A stretch of DNA of 64,000 nt from Tagaea sp. (GTDB lineage: Bacteria; Pseudomonadota; Alphaproteobacteria; CACIAM-22H2), in contig CBDIIB010000004.1 of NCBI GenBank assembly GCA_965279525.1, positions 992,001 through 1,056,000 of the forward strand. Reading direction: 5' to 3'. The position numbers and the translations under genes are program-made. The first letter of the stretch is position 1, and every line of letters begins with the position of its first letter. A model generated the notes under the pieces. The model was not told the origin of the DNA and did no database searches. It saw only the letters and a list, made by a program, of their open reading frames with translations. This document shows, piece after piece, positions 9,997-19,229 of the stretch.

Positions 9997-11256
9997 TCAG
10001 TGCGCCGCCCACTGGATGGATTTGATGTCGATGCCTTCCTGCGCCATCTCCCACAGCGGGCTCATCGAGCGCAGCTTGGAGACGGCCTGGATGATGCGTT
10101 CGGCCGCGTAGTCGACTTCCGCCTCGGTCGTGAAGCGCCCGAAGCCGATGCGCAGCGACGTGTGCGCGAGCTCTTCTTCCACGCCAAGCGCGCGCAGCAC
10201 GTAGCTGGGCTCGAGCGAGGCCGACGTGCACGCCGAACCCGACGAGACGCACAGGTCCTTGATGCCCATCATCAGCCCCTCGCCTTCCACATACGCGAAT
10301 GAGAGGTTGAGATTGCCGGCAAGCCGGTTCGCGAGATCGCCGTTGAGGAACACCTCCGGCAGCTTCTCGTGGATGGTCTTGAGGAACCGCTCGCGCAGCT
10401 TCATCAGGCGCGCGTTCTCCGTCGCCATCTCGGCCTTCGCGATCTCGGCCGCACGGCCCAGTCCCACGCACAGCGGCGTGGGCAGCGTGCCCGAGCGCAT
10501 GCCGCGCTCCTGCCCGCCGCCATGGATCATCGCCTGCAGGCGCACACGCGGCTTGCGGCGCACGAACAGCGCGCCGATGCCCTTGGGCCCGTAGATCTTG
10601 TGGCCGGAGATCGACATCAGGTCGATCTTCATCGCCTCGACATCGAGCGGGATCTTGCCGAAGGCCTGCGCGCAGTCGGTGTGGAAGAACGCACCCTTGG
10701 CGCGGCACAGAGCACCGATCTCGGCCAGCGGCTGGATGACGCCAATCTCGTTGTTGGCCGCCATGATCGAGACGAGCACGGTCTTCTCGGTGATCGCCTT
10801 GTCGAGTTCGGCCAGATCCACGAGCCCGTCCTGCTTCACGGGAAGGTACGTGACCTTGAAGCCTTCCTGTTCGAGATGGCGGCAGGTATCGAGCACGCAT
10901 TTGTGCTCCGTCACGAGCGTGACGATGTGGTCGCGCTGGTCCTTGTAGAAGTGCGCGACGCCCGCGATGGCGAGATTGTTGGATTCCGTCGCCCCCGACG
11001 TGAACACGATCTCGCGCTCGTCGCCACCGATCAGGTCGGCGATCTGGGCGCGCGCCTTTTCCACGCCTTCTTCGGCTTCCCAGCCGTATTCGTGGTTGCG
11101 GCTGTGCGGGTTGCCGAACTTCTCGGTGAAGTAGGGCATCATCGCCTCGAGCACGCGCGGGTCCATCGGCGTCGTCGCCTGGTAATCGAGATAGACGGGC
11201 CGGCGCGGCGCGTTCGCGCGGTCGTTGGCGGGGGACTTGGTGGTGACGGTGCTCAT
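9997..11256 (-). CDS. iscS: Cysteine desulfurase IscS
   Basis: [49 protein letters not shown]. Confidence 0.97.
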   Translation of the reverse strand: MSTVTTKSPANDRANAPRRPVYLDYQATTPMDPRVLEAMMPYFTEKFGNPHSRNHEYGWEAEEGVEKARAQIADLIGGDEREIVFTSGATESNNLAIAGVAHFYKDQRDHIVTLVTEHKCVLDTCRHLEQEGFKVTYLPVKQDGLVDLAELDKAITEKTVLVSIMAANNEIGVIQPLAEIGALCRAKGAFFHTDCAQAFGKIPLDVEAMKIDLMSISGHKIYGPKGIGALFVRRKPRVRLQAMIHGGGQERGMRSGTLPTPLCVGLGRAAEIAKAEMATENARLMKLRERFLKTIHEKLPEVFLNGDLANRLAGNLNLSFAYVEGEGLMMGIKDLCVSSGSACTSASLEPSYVLRALGVEEELAHTSLRIGFGRFTTEAEVDYAAERIIQAVSKLRSMSPLWEMAQEGIDIKSIQWAAH

Positions 11257-11285
11257 CTCTTGCTCCGAAGTGTCGTTCGTCCGGT

Positions 11286-12392
11286 TCAGGCGGCCGCCGG
11301 GACTTTCGCCCCGGCCGGTGCCAGCCGTCGCGCAAGCGCCAGCCAGGCGCGCGCGAAGGCATCGATTTCATCCCTGGTCGTCGCGGCGCCGAGCGAGACG
11401 CGGATCGCCTCGCCTGCACCGTTGCCGGCCCCCATCGCGGCGAGCGTGCGGCTCGCCTTGACCTTGCCCGACGAGCAGGCCGCCCCCGCCGAAACGGCGA
11501 AGCCGGCAAGGTCGAGCGCCATCACCTGCGTTTCGGCCGCCACACCCGGCAGGCCGATGCAGCTCGTGTTGGGCAGACGCGGCGCTTGCGAGCCATGGAT
11601 CACAGCATCGAGATAGGCCGCGCGGACGGCGTTTTCCAGCGCATCGCGCAGATCCGGTGCCGGAAGTTCGAGTGCCCGTGCCGCGGCCGCAAAGCCGGCT
11701 ATGCCGGCGACGTTCTGGGTGCCGGCGCGAAGGCCCATCTCCTGCCCCCCGCCCGCCAGCACCGGATTGACCTGCACCGTCTCGCGCACGACCAGCGCAC
11801 CCACGCCCTGCGGGCCGCCGATCTTGTGCGCCGAAAGGGCGAGCGTGTCCGCCCCCAGCGCTTCGAAATCGACCGCGACCTTGCCGAACGCCTGCACGCC
11901 GTCGCAGTGCAGGCGCACGCCGGCCGCGCGCGTCAGGCGCGCGATCTCGGCCACGGGCTGGATCGCCCCGGTCTCGTTGTTGGCGAGCATGACCGCGACA
12001 AGCGCGGGCCGCTCGGCCAGCAGCATGCGCTCGAGTGCCGCCAGATCGACCACGCCGCTCGCATCGACCGGGGCGACGCGCGCACCCGAAAGGGGCGCCC
12101 ACACGCAGTCATGCTCGATCGCCGAAACGATGCAGTCGCCGGCCGCGAAGCCGTTGAGCGCCAGCGCGTTTGCTTCGGTCCCGCCGCCGGTGAAAACGAT
12201 GCGTGCGCCGCCCGCAACCGTAGCGGCGCCAAGGGCCGCACGCGCATCCTCGACCAGCTTGCGCGACGCCCGGCCCGCGGCATGCACCGACGAGGGATTT
12301 CCCGCCACCGCGAAGGCATGCGACATCGCCGCACGGGCAGGCTCGCCCAAAGGTGCGCTCGCGTTCCAGTCGAGATAGACGGGGGCGTTCAT
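11286..12392 (-). CDS. Second, shorter group I cysteine desulfurase
   Basis: [29 protein letters not shown]; lacks the IscS C-terminal extension. Confidence 0.9.
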   Translation of the reverse strand: MNAPVYLDWNASAPLGEPARAAMSHAFAVAGNPSSVHAAGRASRKLVEDARAALGAATVAGGARIVFTGGGTEANALALNGFAAGDCIVSAIEHDCVWAPLSGARVAPVDASGVVDLAALERMLLAERPALVAVMLANNETGAIQPVAEIARLTRAAGVRLHCDGVQAFGKVAVDFEALGADTLALSAHKIGGPQGVGALVVRETVQVNPVLAGGGQEMGLRAGTQNVAGIAGFAAAARALELPAPDLRDALENAVRAAYLDAVIHGSQAPRLPNTSCIGLPGVAAETQVMALDLAGFAVSAGAACSSGKVKASRTLAAMGAGNGAGEAIRVSLGAATTRDEIDAFARAWLALARRLAPAGAKVPAAA

Positions 12393-12401
12393 CCTGTTTT
12401 C

Positions 12402-12884
12402 CTACTCGGCCGCGACCATCGGGCTTGCCGATGCTTCCGCTGCCTCGTGCCCGATCACGCCCGACGTGCCCAGCACGCGGCGCGCGCACACGTCGGCGAG
12501 CGTCACGCTGGAAAGATAGAGATGGATCTGGTTGCCCAGTTCCTCCCACAGATCGTGGGTCAGGCACCGGCTCTTGTTGATGCGGCAGCCGGTGGGCGAA
12601 CCCGGCGCGCAGCGCGTGGCGCGGATCGGCTCGTCGACCGCGACGATGATGTCGGACACGCGCGTCTGGTCGACCGCGTGGGCCAGCAGGTAGCCCCCGC
12701 CCGGCCCGCGCACCGATCGCACGAGCCCGCCGCGGCGCAGCTTGGCGAAGAGCTGCTCGAGATAGGAGAGCGAGATCTCCTGCCGTTCGGCGATGTCGGC
12801 GAGTGCCACGGGGCTGCCCTTGCTGGTGTTGGCGAGATCGACCATCGCCATCACCGCGTAGCGTCCCTTGGTGCTGAGCTTCAT
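12402..12884 (-). CDS. iscR: Rrf2-family Fe-S regulator IscR
   Basis: MKLSTKGRYAV, SLSYLEQLF, RGPGGGY; three Cys plus His (C..C..CLTH). Confidence 0.93.
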   Translation of the reverse strand: MKLSTKGRYAVMAMVDLANTSKGSPVALADIAERQEISLSYLEQLFAKLRRGGLVRSVRGPGGGYLLAHAVDQTRVSDIIVAVDEPIRATRCAPGSPTGCRINKSRCLTHDLWEELGNQIHLYLSSVTLADVCARRVLGTSGVIGHEAAEASASPMVAAE

Positions 12885-12900
12885 GACGCGTTCCTTCCGG

Positions 12901-13620
12901 TCAATTTGCGTGGCGCCGCGCGCCGACCGTCTGCAGGTCGGCCACGCGGGCATCGAGTTCGTCGCGCTGGGCGGCGACGCGCCCTTCGAGTTCGGCGATG
13001 CGCGCGCGCATCACGCCCATGTCGGATTCCATCCGGTCGATCGCGCGCGCGACCGGGTCGGTCACGTCGCCGGTGGCGCCGTAGGCGCAGAAATCGTCGT
13101 TCTTCGGCCGGCCGACGATCCGTGCCGGGATCCCCACGACGGTGGCGCCCGCGGGCACGGCTTCCAGCACGACGGCGTTCGAGCCCACGCGGGCCCCCTT
13201 GCCGACGGTGAAGGGGCCGAGGATCTTGGCACCCGCGCCCACAATCACGCCGTCGCCCAGCGTGGGGTGGCGCTTGCCGTGGTCGAGGGTCGTGCCGCCC
13301 AGCGTGACACCCTGATAGAGCGTCACGTCGTCGCCGATTTCGGCGGTCTCGCCGATGACCACGCCCATGCCGTGGTCGATGAAGAAGCGGTGGCCGATCG
13401 TGGCGCCCGGGTGGATCTCGATCCCGGTCAAGAAGCGGGCGAACACCGATATGAGGCGGCCGAGCAGCTTGAGGCCCCGGCGCCAGGCCGCGTTCGCGAT
13501 CCGGTGCAGCATTACCGCGTGGAAGCCCGGATAGCAGAGGGCGACCTCCAGCAGCGAGCGCGCAGCCGGGTCTCGCGCCAGAACGGCGTCGAGGTCGGAG
13601 CGAATTGCCTTGAAAGTCAT
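12901..13620 (-). CDS. cysE: Serine O-acetyltransferase
   Basis: [35 protein letters not shown]. Confidence 0.96.
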   Translation of the reverse strand: MTFKAIRSDLDAVLARDPAARSLLEVALCYPGFHAVMLHRIANAAWRRGLKLLGRLISVFARFLTGIEIHPGATIGHRFFIDHGMGVVIGETAEIGDDVTLYQGVTLGGTTLDHGKRHPTLGDGVIVGAGAKILGPFTVGKGARVGSNAVVLEAVPAGATVVGIPARIVGRPKNDDFCAYGATGDVTDPVARAIDRMESDMGVMRARIAELEGRVAAQRDELDARVADLQTVGARRHAN

Positions 13621-13707
13621 CTATTTAACCGCCTAATCTCCGGCCGATTGGGGCAAGGCCCGCGCAGGCCGCAAGGAAAACCCTAGCTGAGCGCTAAGGA
13701 ACTTAGG

Positions 13708-13732
13708 TTACCCGAGTGCGGGGATCAAGTAT
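13708..13732. promoter_or_regulatory. IscR type-1-like operator (site 1)
   Basis: Minus strand reads ATACTTGATCCCCGCACTCGGGTAA, resembling the ATA-YYGAC-N7-GTCRR-TAT type-1 IscR box; lies upstream of cysE-iscR. Confidence 0.55.
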
Positions 13733-13764
13733 CTTTTTCCTGAATTTAAGCCAACACATTGGGA

Positions 13765-13789
13765 TTATCCGACTGTTATAATTGGACTA
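13765..13789. promoter_or_regulatory. IscR type-1-like operator (site 2)
   Basis: TTATCCGACTGTTATAATTGGACTA (CCGAC-N7-ATTGG), about 20 nt before the divergent hydrolase ATG. Confidence 0.5.
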
Positions 13790-13810
13790 TCGGATGGGTC
13801 CGGAGGATGC

Positions 13811-14662
13811 ATGCCTGACGTCGTGATAAATGGGGCCGAAGGTCGCCTGGAAGGCCGCTACATGCCGGGCCCCAGCGAGCGGGCGCCGATCGCACTGCTG
13901 CTCCACCCGCACCCGCAGCATGGCGGGACGATGCACAACAAGGTCGTCTACACGCTCAACCAGGCCTTCACGAAGGTCGGCTTCGCCACGCTGCGCTTCA
14001 ACTTCCGCGGCGTCGGCCGCAGCCAGGGCAGCTACGGGCGCGGCGAGGGCGAACTTCAGGATGCGGCGTCGGCACTCGACTGGCTCCAGCAGACCAACCC
14101 CAATTCCGCGAGCTGCTGGATCGCCGGCTTCTCGTTCGGCGCCTGGATCGGTATGCAGCTCCTGATGCGCAGGCCGGAGATCGACCGGTTCGTGTCGATC
14201 GCCCCGCCGGCCAACGTTTTCGACTTCACGTTCCTTGCCCCCTGCCCGTCCTCCGGCCTGATCGTCCAGGGCGACAAGGACGAGGTCGTGCCCGAAGAGT
14301 CCGTGCACAAGCTTTCCGAGAAGCTCGCCAAGCAGCGCGACATCAAGGTCGACTACCGCGTGATGAAGGGCGCCAACCACTTCTTCGCCGACAGGCTCGA
14401 CAAGCTGGAAACGATGGTCGGCGAATATGCCGGCGTGCCCGTTCCGATGGCGCCCCCGCCGCCGCCGCCGCCGCCCCAGCCCGTGATGGTCGACAAGAAG
14501 CAGCCCTCGCCGCTGCCGCCCACGCAGGTCTCGGCGCGCACGGCCGCGCGCAAGTCGCCCAAGCAGGCGGTCCCGGCGAAGGCCGTGGCGGCACCACCCA
14601 AGCCCGTCGCCAAGCCCGTGCGCAAGCAGGCGCCGACCGCGCAGAAATCCACCAAGCGCTAG
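13811..14662 (+). CDS. Alpha/beta hydrolase (isc/suf-associated family) with Pro/Lys/Ala-rich tail
   Basis: [25 protein letters not shown] nucleophile elbow, ANHFF; low-complexity C-terminus. Confidence 0.9.
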   Translation: MPDVVINGAEGRLEGRYMPGPSERAPIALLLHPHPQHGGTMHNKVVYTLNQAFTKVGFATLRFNFRGVGRSQGSYGRGEGELQDAASALDWLQQTNPNSASCWIAGFSFGAWIGMQLLMRRPEIDRFVSIAPPANVFDFTFLAPCPSSGLIVQGDKDEVVPEESVHKLSEKLAKQRDIKVDYRVMKGANHFFADRLDKLETMVGEYAGVPVPMAPPPPPPPPQPVMVDKKQPSPLPPTQVSARTAARKSPKQAVPAKAVAAPPKPVAKPVRKQAPTAQKSTKR

Positions 14663-14717
14663 GCTTTCGCCGCGTGCGCGTTTGAGAGCGGCCGACGGCC
14701 GTGCTATGTCGCTGCCC

Positions 14718-15968
14718 ATGACAAGCGTGAAATCCGAATTCCTGCGCGAGGCCAAGGCCCGCGGCTTCATCCACCAGATCACCGACGAGGCGGCGCTCGA
14801 CGCCAAGCTCGCCTCGGGCACGCCGCAGCTTGCTTATATCGGCTTCGACGCGACGGCAGACTCGCTGCACGCGGGCAGTCTCGTGCAGATCATGCTGCTG
14901 CGCCTGTTCCAGCGCACGGGCCACCGCCCGGTCGTGCTGATGGGCGGCGGCACCACGAAGATCGGCGATCCGTCGGGCAAGGACGAAGTGCGCAAGCTCC
15001 TGTCCGACGACGACATCGCCGGCAATATCCGCGGCATCCGGCGCATCTTCGACAAGTACCTGACGTTCGGCGACGGCAAGGCCGTGTCGGTCGACAATGC
15101 CGAATGGCTCGACGGGCTGAAATACATCCCGCTGCTGCGCGAGGTCGGCCGCCATTTCTCGGTCAACCGGATGCTGACGATGGACTCGGTCAAGCTGCGC
15201 CTCGAGCGCGACCAGCCGCTGTCGTTCCTCGAATTCAACTACATGGTCCTGCAGAGCTACGATTTCGTCGAGCTCGCCAAGCGCCACGGCTGCATCGCCC
15301 AGATGGGCGGCTCGGACCAGTGGGGCAACATCGTGATGGGCGTGGATCTGGGCCGCCGGCTCGCCAACGCCGAGCTGTTCGGCGTGACCACGCCGCTGCT
15401 GGCCACCTCGTCGGGCGCCAAGATGGGCAAGACGGCCGCCGGTGCGGTGTGGCTCAACGCCGAGCGTCTCAGCCCGTACGACTATTTCCAGTACTGGCGG
15501 AACACCGAGGACGCGGACGTGGGCCGCTTCCTCAAGCTGTTCACAGACCTGCCGCTCGACGAGATCGCGAAGCTCGAGAAGCTCGCGGGCTCCGAGATCA
15601 ACGAGGCGAAGAAGATCCTCGCCTTCGAGACGACGAAGCTGTGCCACGGCGAGGCGGCGGCTACGCTCGCCGCCGACACCGCGCGCCAGACCTTCGAGCA
15701 GGGTATCTCGGGCGAAGGCCTGCCGACCTTCGAGGTTCCGGGCAGCGAGCTTGCGGGAGGCATCGCCGTGCTCGATCTGCTGGTGCGCGCCAACCTCGCC
15801 GCCTCGAAGGGCGAGGCGCGCCGTCTCGTCCAGGGCAAGGGTGCCAGGCTCAACGACATGGTCGTGGAGAGCGACACGCTGAGCGTCAACGCCGGCCATC
15901 TCGCCGCCGACGGCACGCTCAAGCTGACCGCGGGCAAGAAGCGCCACGCGCTGGTGCGCGCGGTCTAG
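14718..15968 (+). CDS. tyrS: Tyrosyl-tRNA synthetase
   Basis: [30 protein letters not shown]; C-terminal S4 domain. Confidence 0.97.
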   Translation: MTSVKSEFLREAKARGFIHQITDEAALDAKLASGTPQLAYIGFDATADSLHAGSLVQIMLLRLFQRTGHRPVVLMGGGTTKIGDPSGKDEVRKLLSDDDIAGNIRGIRRIFDKYLTFGDGKAVSVDNAEWLDGLKYIPLLREVGRHFSVNRMLTMDSVKLRLERDQPLSFLEFNYMVLQSYDFVELAKRHGCIAQMGGSDQWGNIVMGVDLGRRLANAELFGVTTPLLATSSGAKMGKTAAGAVWLNAERLSPYDYFQYWRNTEDADVGRFLKLFTDLPLDEIAKLEKLAGSEINEAKKILAFETTKLCHGEAAATLAADTARQTFEQGISGEGLPTFEVPGSELAGGIAVLDLLVRANLAASKGEARRLVQGKGARLNDMVVESDTLSVNAGHLAADGTLKLTAGKKRHALVRAV

Positions 15969-18900
15969 CTAGCGGTTGGGATCGACGGGCAGGCCCGGTT
16001 CGACGGCAGTCGGATCGCCGCCCGGCAGCGTGGCGCTGCCGCCGCCGAAAACGCCGAACAGCCGGCGCAGGAACCCGGGTGCGAGCGTCGACAGCGGATT
16101 GACGCCGATCTGCGGATCGCCAAGAGCACCACTCGCCCGGTACGTGGCCGCGAAGACGCCCCCGCCCCGCTCGCCGACCAGAAGCTGGCCGAGCAGCGGG
16201 ATGTTGCCGAGGATGGAATTGACCGCATAGGCGGGCACCAGCGTGCCGTCGATGTCGATCGTGTCTTCTTCCAGATCCAGCACGCCGCGCGCCGTGACGC
16301 CGAGGGCGGCACCGTACATGCGCCCCTCGCGGATCTCGACCTTCGGGTCGGCCCACGCGAAATCGGCATCGAAGCGCTGGAAGCCGATGCCCTCGCCGCG
16401 CAGGCTGTCGAGGATGCCGGTCAGCAGCGCCACCGACAGCAGGCGCGCGAAGCCGGGCGCGTTGACCACGCGGAATGACTCGATCGACATCTTGCCGACG
16501 ACGGCCTTGTCGGTGCGCGCCTGGTCGACCGTGCCGGCGATCTTGAATGTCCCGCCGATCACGTTGGGCGTGATCTCGAGCAGGTTGAGGAATGCGCCCG
16601 CGTCCTCGGCGACGGCTTCGAGGCGGCCCGATCCGCCTTCCTCGACGTCGAGATCGACATCGAGCCGGCCGCCGGCCGGCGTGCCGGCCGTCGGTGCCGT
16701 CGTCGCGTCGAGCTGCACGCGTTCCCACCGCTTCGGGCCGCGGCGCGCCTCGGCCTTCACGCCCGTCAGCTCGCGGTCCTCGCTCATCCTGAAGCGTTCG
16801 ATGTCGAGGCGCACGCTCAGGTTCGGGCGTGCCGGATCGGGCTTGGACTTGTCGGCAAGGAACGGCGACACGTCGAGGAAGGCGCCGCGCGCGTCGAGCA
16901 GCTGGCGGGGCCTGGCGCCCGCGGCCGGCACTTCGCGCCGCGCGCGGAACTCGGCAAGGTCGACGCGCCCGGGCAGCACCACGCGCTGGAGGCTCACGTC
17001 GCGCCAGAGCTTGCCGGCATCGTCGAACTCGATGCGGCCGCGCAGCGACATGCCATCGCCGGAGAATTCGAGAACGTCGAGCGTGCGCAGGACCTCGTTG
17101 CGCAACGCCAGCTGCAGGCGCGCGCGCGCCGCCCGGCCCGCCGGGCGGGACCAGTCGATCTCGGGTGCGGCCAGCGCCACGTCGCCCAGGTCGAGGTCGA
17201 TCGTGATGTCGCGCCGTCCGTCGCGGAAGGACCGCGTCGAAAGGTCGATGCCGGCCGGCCCGACCGCGTAGGGCGCGAAATCGAAACCGAGCGCCGCCTG
17301 CGACGCCGGCCCGGCCCTGCCGCGCGCACTTGCCCGCTCGACCGGCTCGACGCCGTCGGCGAACTCGCGCCGGTAGACGATGTCGGCATCCGATCCGGTC
17401 AGGCGCACCTGCCCGCGCACGTCGAGGCCGCGCTCGTCCACGCGCACGTCGACCGTTCCGCCCTCGATCGGCTGGCCGAGCACCGCGCGCGCCTGCGTGA
17501 AGCCGGCGACCTTGCCTTCGGCCACGACCGAGACCTGGTCGAAGCGCAGCCTGTTGAGCAGCGGAAAGCGCAGGGCGAGCCGGATGTCGGCGGCTCCGCC
17601 GAAGCTGGCGGGCGATTCGCCGATGCGCCCGAGGAAGCCCAGCGGCGGCATGTCGACGAGCGTCAGCGCGTCGACGACCGGTCCCTGCACCCGCAGATCG
17701 ATGGCGGCGTGCTGGTCCTCGAGGTCGAGGCCCGTCAGCACGATGGTGCCTTCGTCGACCTTGAGTTCGCCGATCGAGCCGCTGCGGGCCTTGATCTCCA
17801 GCTTCTTGGCGTCGAGCGTCGCCGTTCCGGCCACGCCGCGCACGGACGGCAGGCCGTCGATGTAGCGCACCGTCAGCCCTTCGACCGCGAAATCGAGACG
17901 GGCGCGGTCGAGGACGATCTTCTGCCAGTGCGCGTCGCCGACACGGAGCGCCACGTCCCCGCGCGCGGAAGTCACGCGTCCGTCGCTGAGATTGGCCTCG
18001 ATCCAGGCGCGCGTGTTGCGCGATGCGGACACCGGCCACAGGCGCTTCACGTCGGCCGTCGTGAAGCCCGAAAGATCGGCCGCGGCGGCCAGCCGCGGCT
18101 GGCCCAGAACGTCGTCGACGGCGCCGGTCAGCTTGACCGAGGGCCCGCCGAAATCGATCCGGGCTTCGTCCACGTCGATGCGCGACAGGCTGTCGGACAG
18201 GCGCGCGCGCAGCGCCACCGCGCGGATGTCGACGGGCCGCGCGAAGATTTCGGGATTGGCGATGCGCGCGTTGGCGGCGTCGAGCGTCATGTGCGTGCCC
18301 TCGACGCGGCCGTCGGCCGTCACGCGCGTCCAGAGCTGGACGTCGGCGACCGCCTCGATCCCGCGCAGTGCCGAAAGGCGTGGATCGAGCCCGGCAAGGC
18401 CGCCGATCGAGATGCCGCGCAGGCGCGCGTCGATGTCGACGGCCTCGTTCTGCGGCACGTAGAGCGCGTCGATCTCCGCGCGCACGCGCTGGTCGCCCAG
18501 CCGGATCGGCAGGACGGATTCGAGCGCCACGCCGCGATCGTCGCGCCGGAAGCGCACGCTCGCGCGCTCGGCGGCGATCCTCAAGCCCGTGACGGCGTCG
18601 TCGATCGTCACGGTCATGTCGACGAAGGCGGCCGCCGTCAGCAGGCCGAGCGGGCGCGCGATGTCCGGCGGGCCGCTCAGCTCGTTGACGACGAAGGCGG
18701 CCACGCCGGCGGAGTTCCCGGAATCGTCGCCCTCCTCCAGGCTCTCGACGATGCGGATGCTGCCGGCGGCATCGCGCGTCAGCGACACGCGCAGGCCGTC
18801 GACGCGCAGTTCCTCGGGCTGGATCTCGCCGGCCAGCAGGCGGCGCGCGACCAGCGACATCCAGGCCTGCGGGATGCGTGCGACCTCGCGCCCGTCGGAA

Positions 18901-19151
18901 GCGAAAATATGGGTATCGGTGATGCGCAGCTGGATCGAACGGCTGCGGTCCGACCAGTCGATCCAGGTCTCGCCGACGTCGATCTTCAGCCCGGCTGGAT
19001 CGGCGCCGAGTGCCGCTTCAAGGATCGGCGTGACGAACGGCACGAGAATCGGGCCCGCCGTGAGGCGCCACAGCAACAGGCCGGCGCCGATCAGCAGCAG
19101 TGCCGCGAACGAGCCCAGGATCTCGAAGAAAAGCCGGATCGGGTGGCTCAT
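15969..19151 (-). CDS. AsmA-like/YhdP (DUF3971) envelope lipid-bridge protein
   Basis: N-terminal TM anchor, long beta-rich body, C-terminal GTLVPAYAVNSILGNIPLLG..VNPLSTLAPGFLR. Confidence 0.85.
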   Translation of the reverse strand: MSHPIRLFFEILGSFAALLLIGAGLLLWRLTAGPILVPFVTPILEAALGADPAGLKIDVGETWIDWSDRSRSIQLRITDTHIFASDGREVARIPQAWMSLVARRLLAGEIQPEELRVDGLRVSLTRDAAGSIRIVESLEEGDDSGNSAGVAAFVVNELSGPPDIARPLGLLTAAAFVDMTVTIDDAVTGLRIAAERASVRFRRDDRGVALESVLPIRLGDQRVRAEIDALYVPQNEAVDIDARLRGISIGGLAGLDPRLSALRGIEAVADVQLWTRVTADGRVEGTHMTLDAANARIANPEIFARPVDIRAVALRARLSDSLSRIDVDEARIDFGGPSVKLTGAVDDVLGQPRLAAAADLSGFTTADVKRLWPVSASRNTRAWIEANLSDGRVTSARGDVALRVGDAHWQKIVLDRARLDFAVEGLTVRYIDGLPSVRGVAGTATLDAKKLEIKARSGSIGELKVDEGTIVLTGLDLEDQHAAIDLRVQGPVVDALTLVDMPPLGFLGRIGESPASFGGAADIRLALRFPLLNRLRFDQVSVVAEGKVAGFTQARAVLGQPIEGGTVDVRVDERGLDVRGQVRLTGSDADIVYRREFADGVEPVERASARGRAGPASQAALGFDFAPYAVGPAGIDLSTRSFRDGRRDITIDLDLGDVALAAPEIDWSRPAGRAARARLQLALRNEVLRTLDVLEFSGDGMSLRGRIEFDDAGKLWRDVSLQRVVLPGRVDLAEFRARREVPAAGARPRQLLDARGAFLDVSPFLADKSKPDPARPNLSVRLDIERFRMSEDRELTGVKAEARRGPKRWERVQLDATTAPTAGTPAGGRLDVDLDVEEGGSGRLEAVAEDAGAFLNLLEITPNVIGGTFKIAGTVDQARTDKAVVGKMSIESFRVVNAPGFARLLSVALLTGILDSLRGEGIGFQRFDADFAWADPKVEIREGRMYGAALGVTARGVLDLEEDTIDIDGTLVPAYAVNSILGNIPLLGQLLVGERGGGVFAATYRASGALGDPQIGVNPLSTLAPGFLRRLFGVFGGGSATLPGGDPTAVEPGLPVDPNR

Positions 19152-19229
19152 CGCGCGGCTTGACCCTTCGACTTGTGCAGGGCCAACCTGTCGGACGCGT
19201 GGACGGAACGGAACGGACGGAATCGCAGC

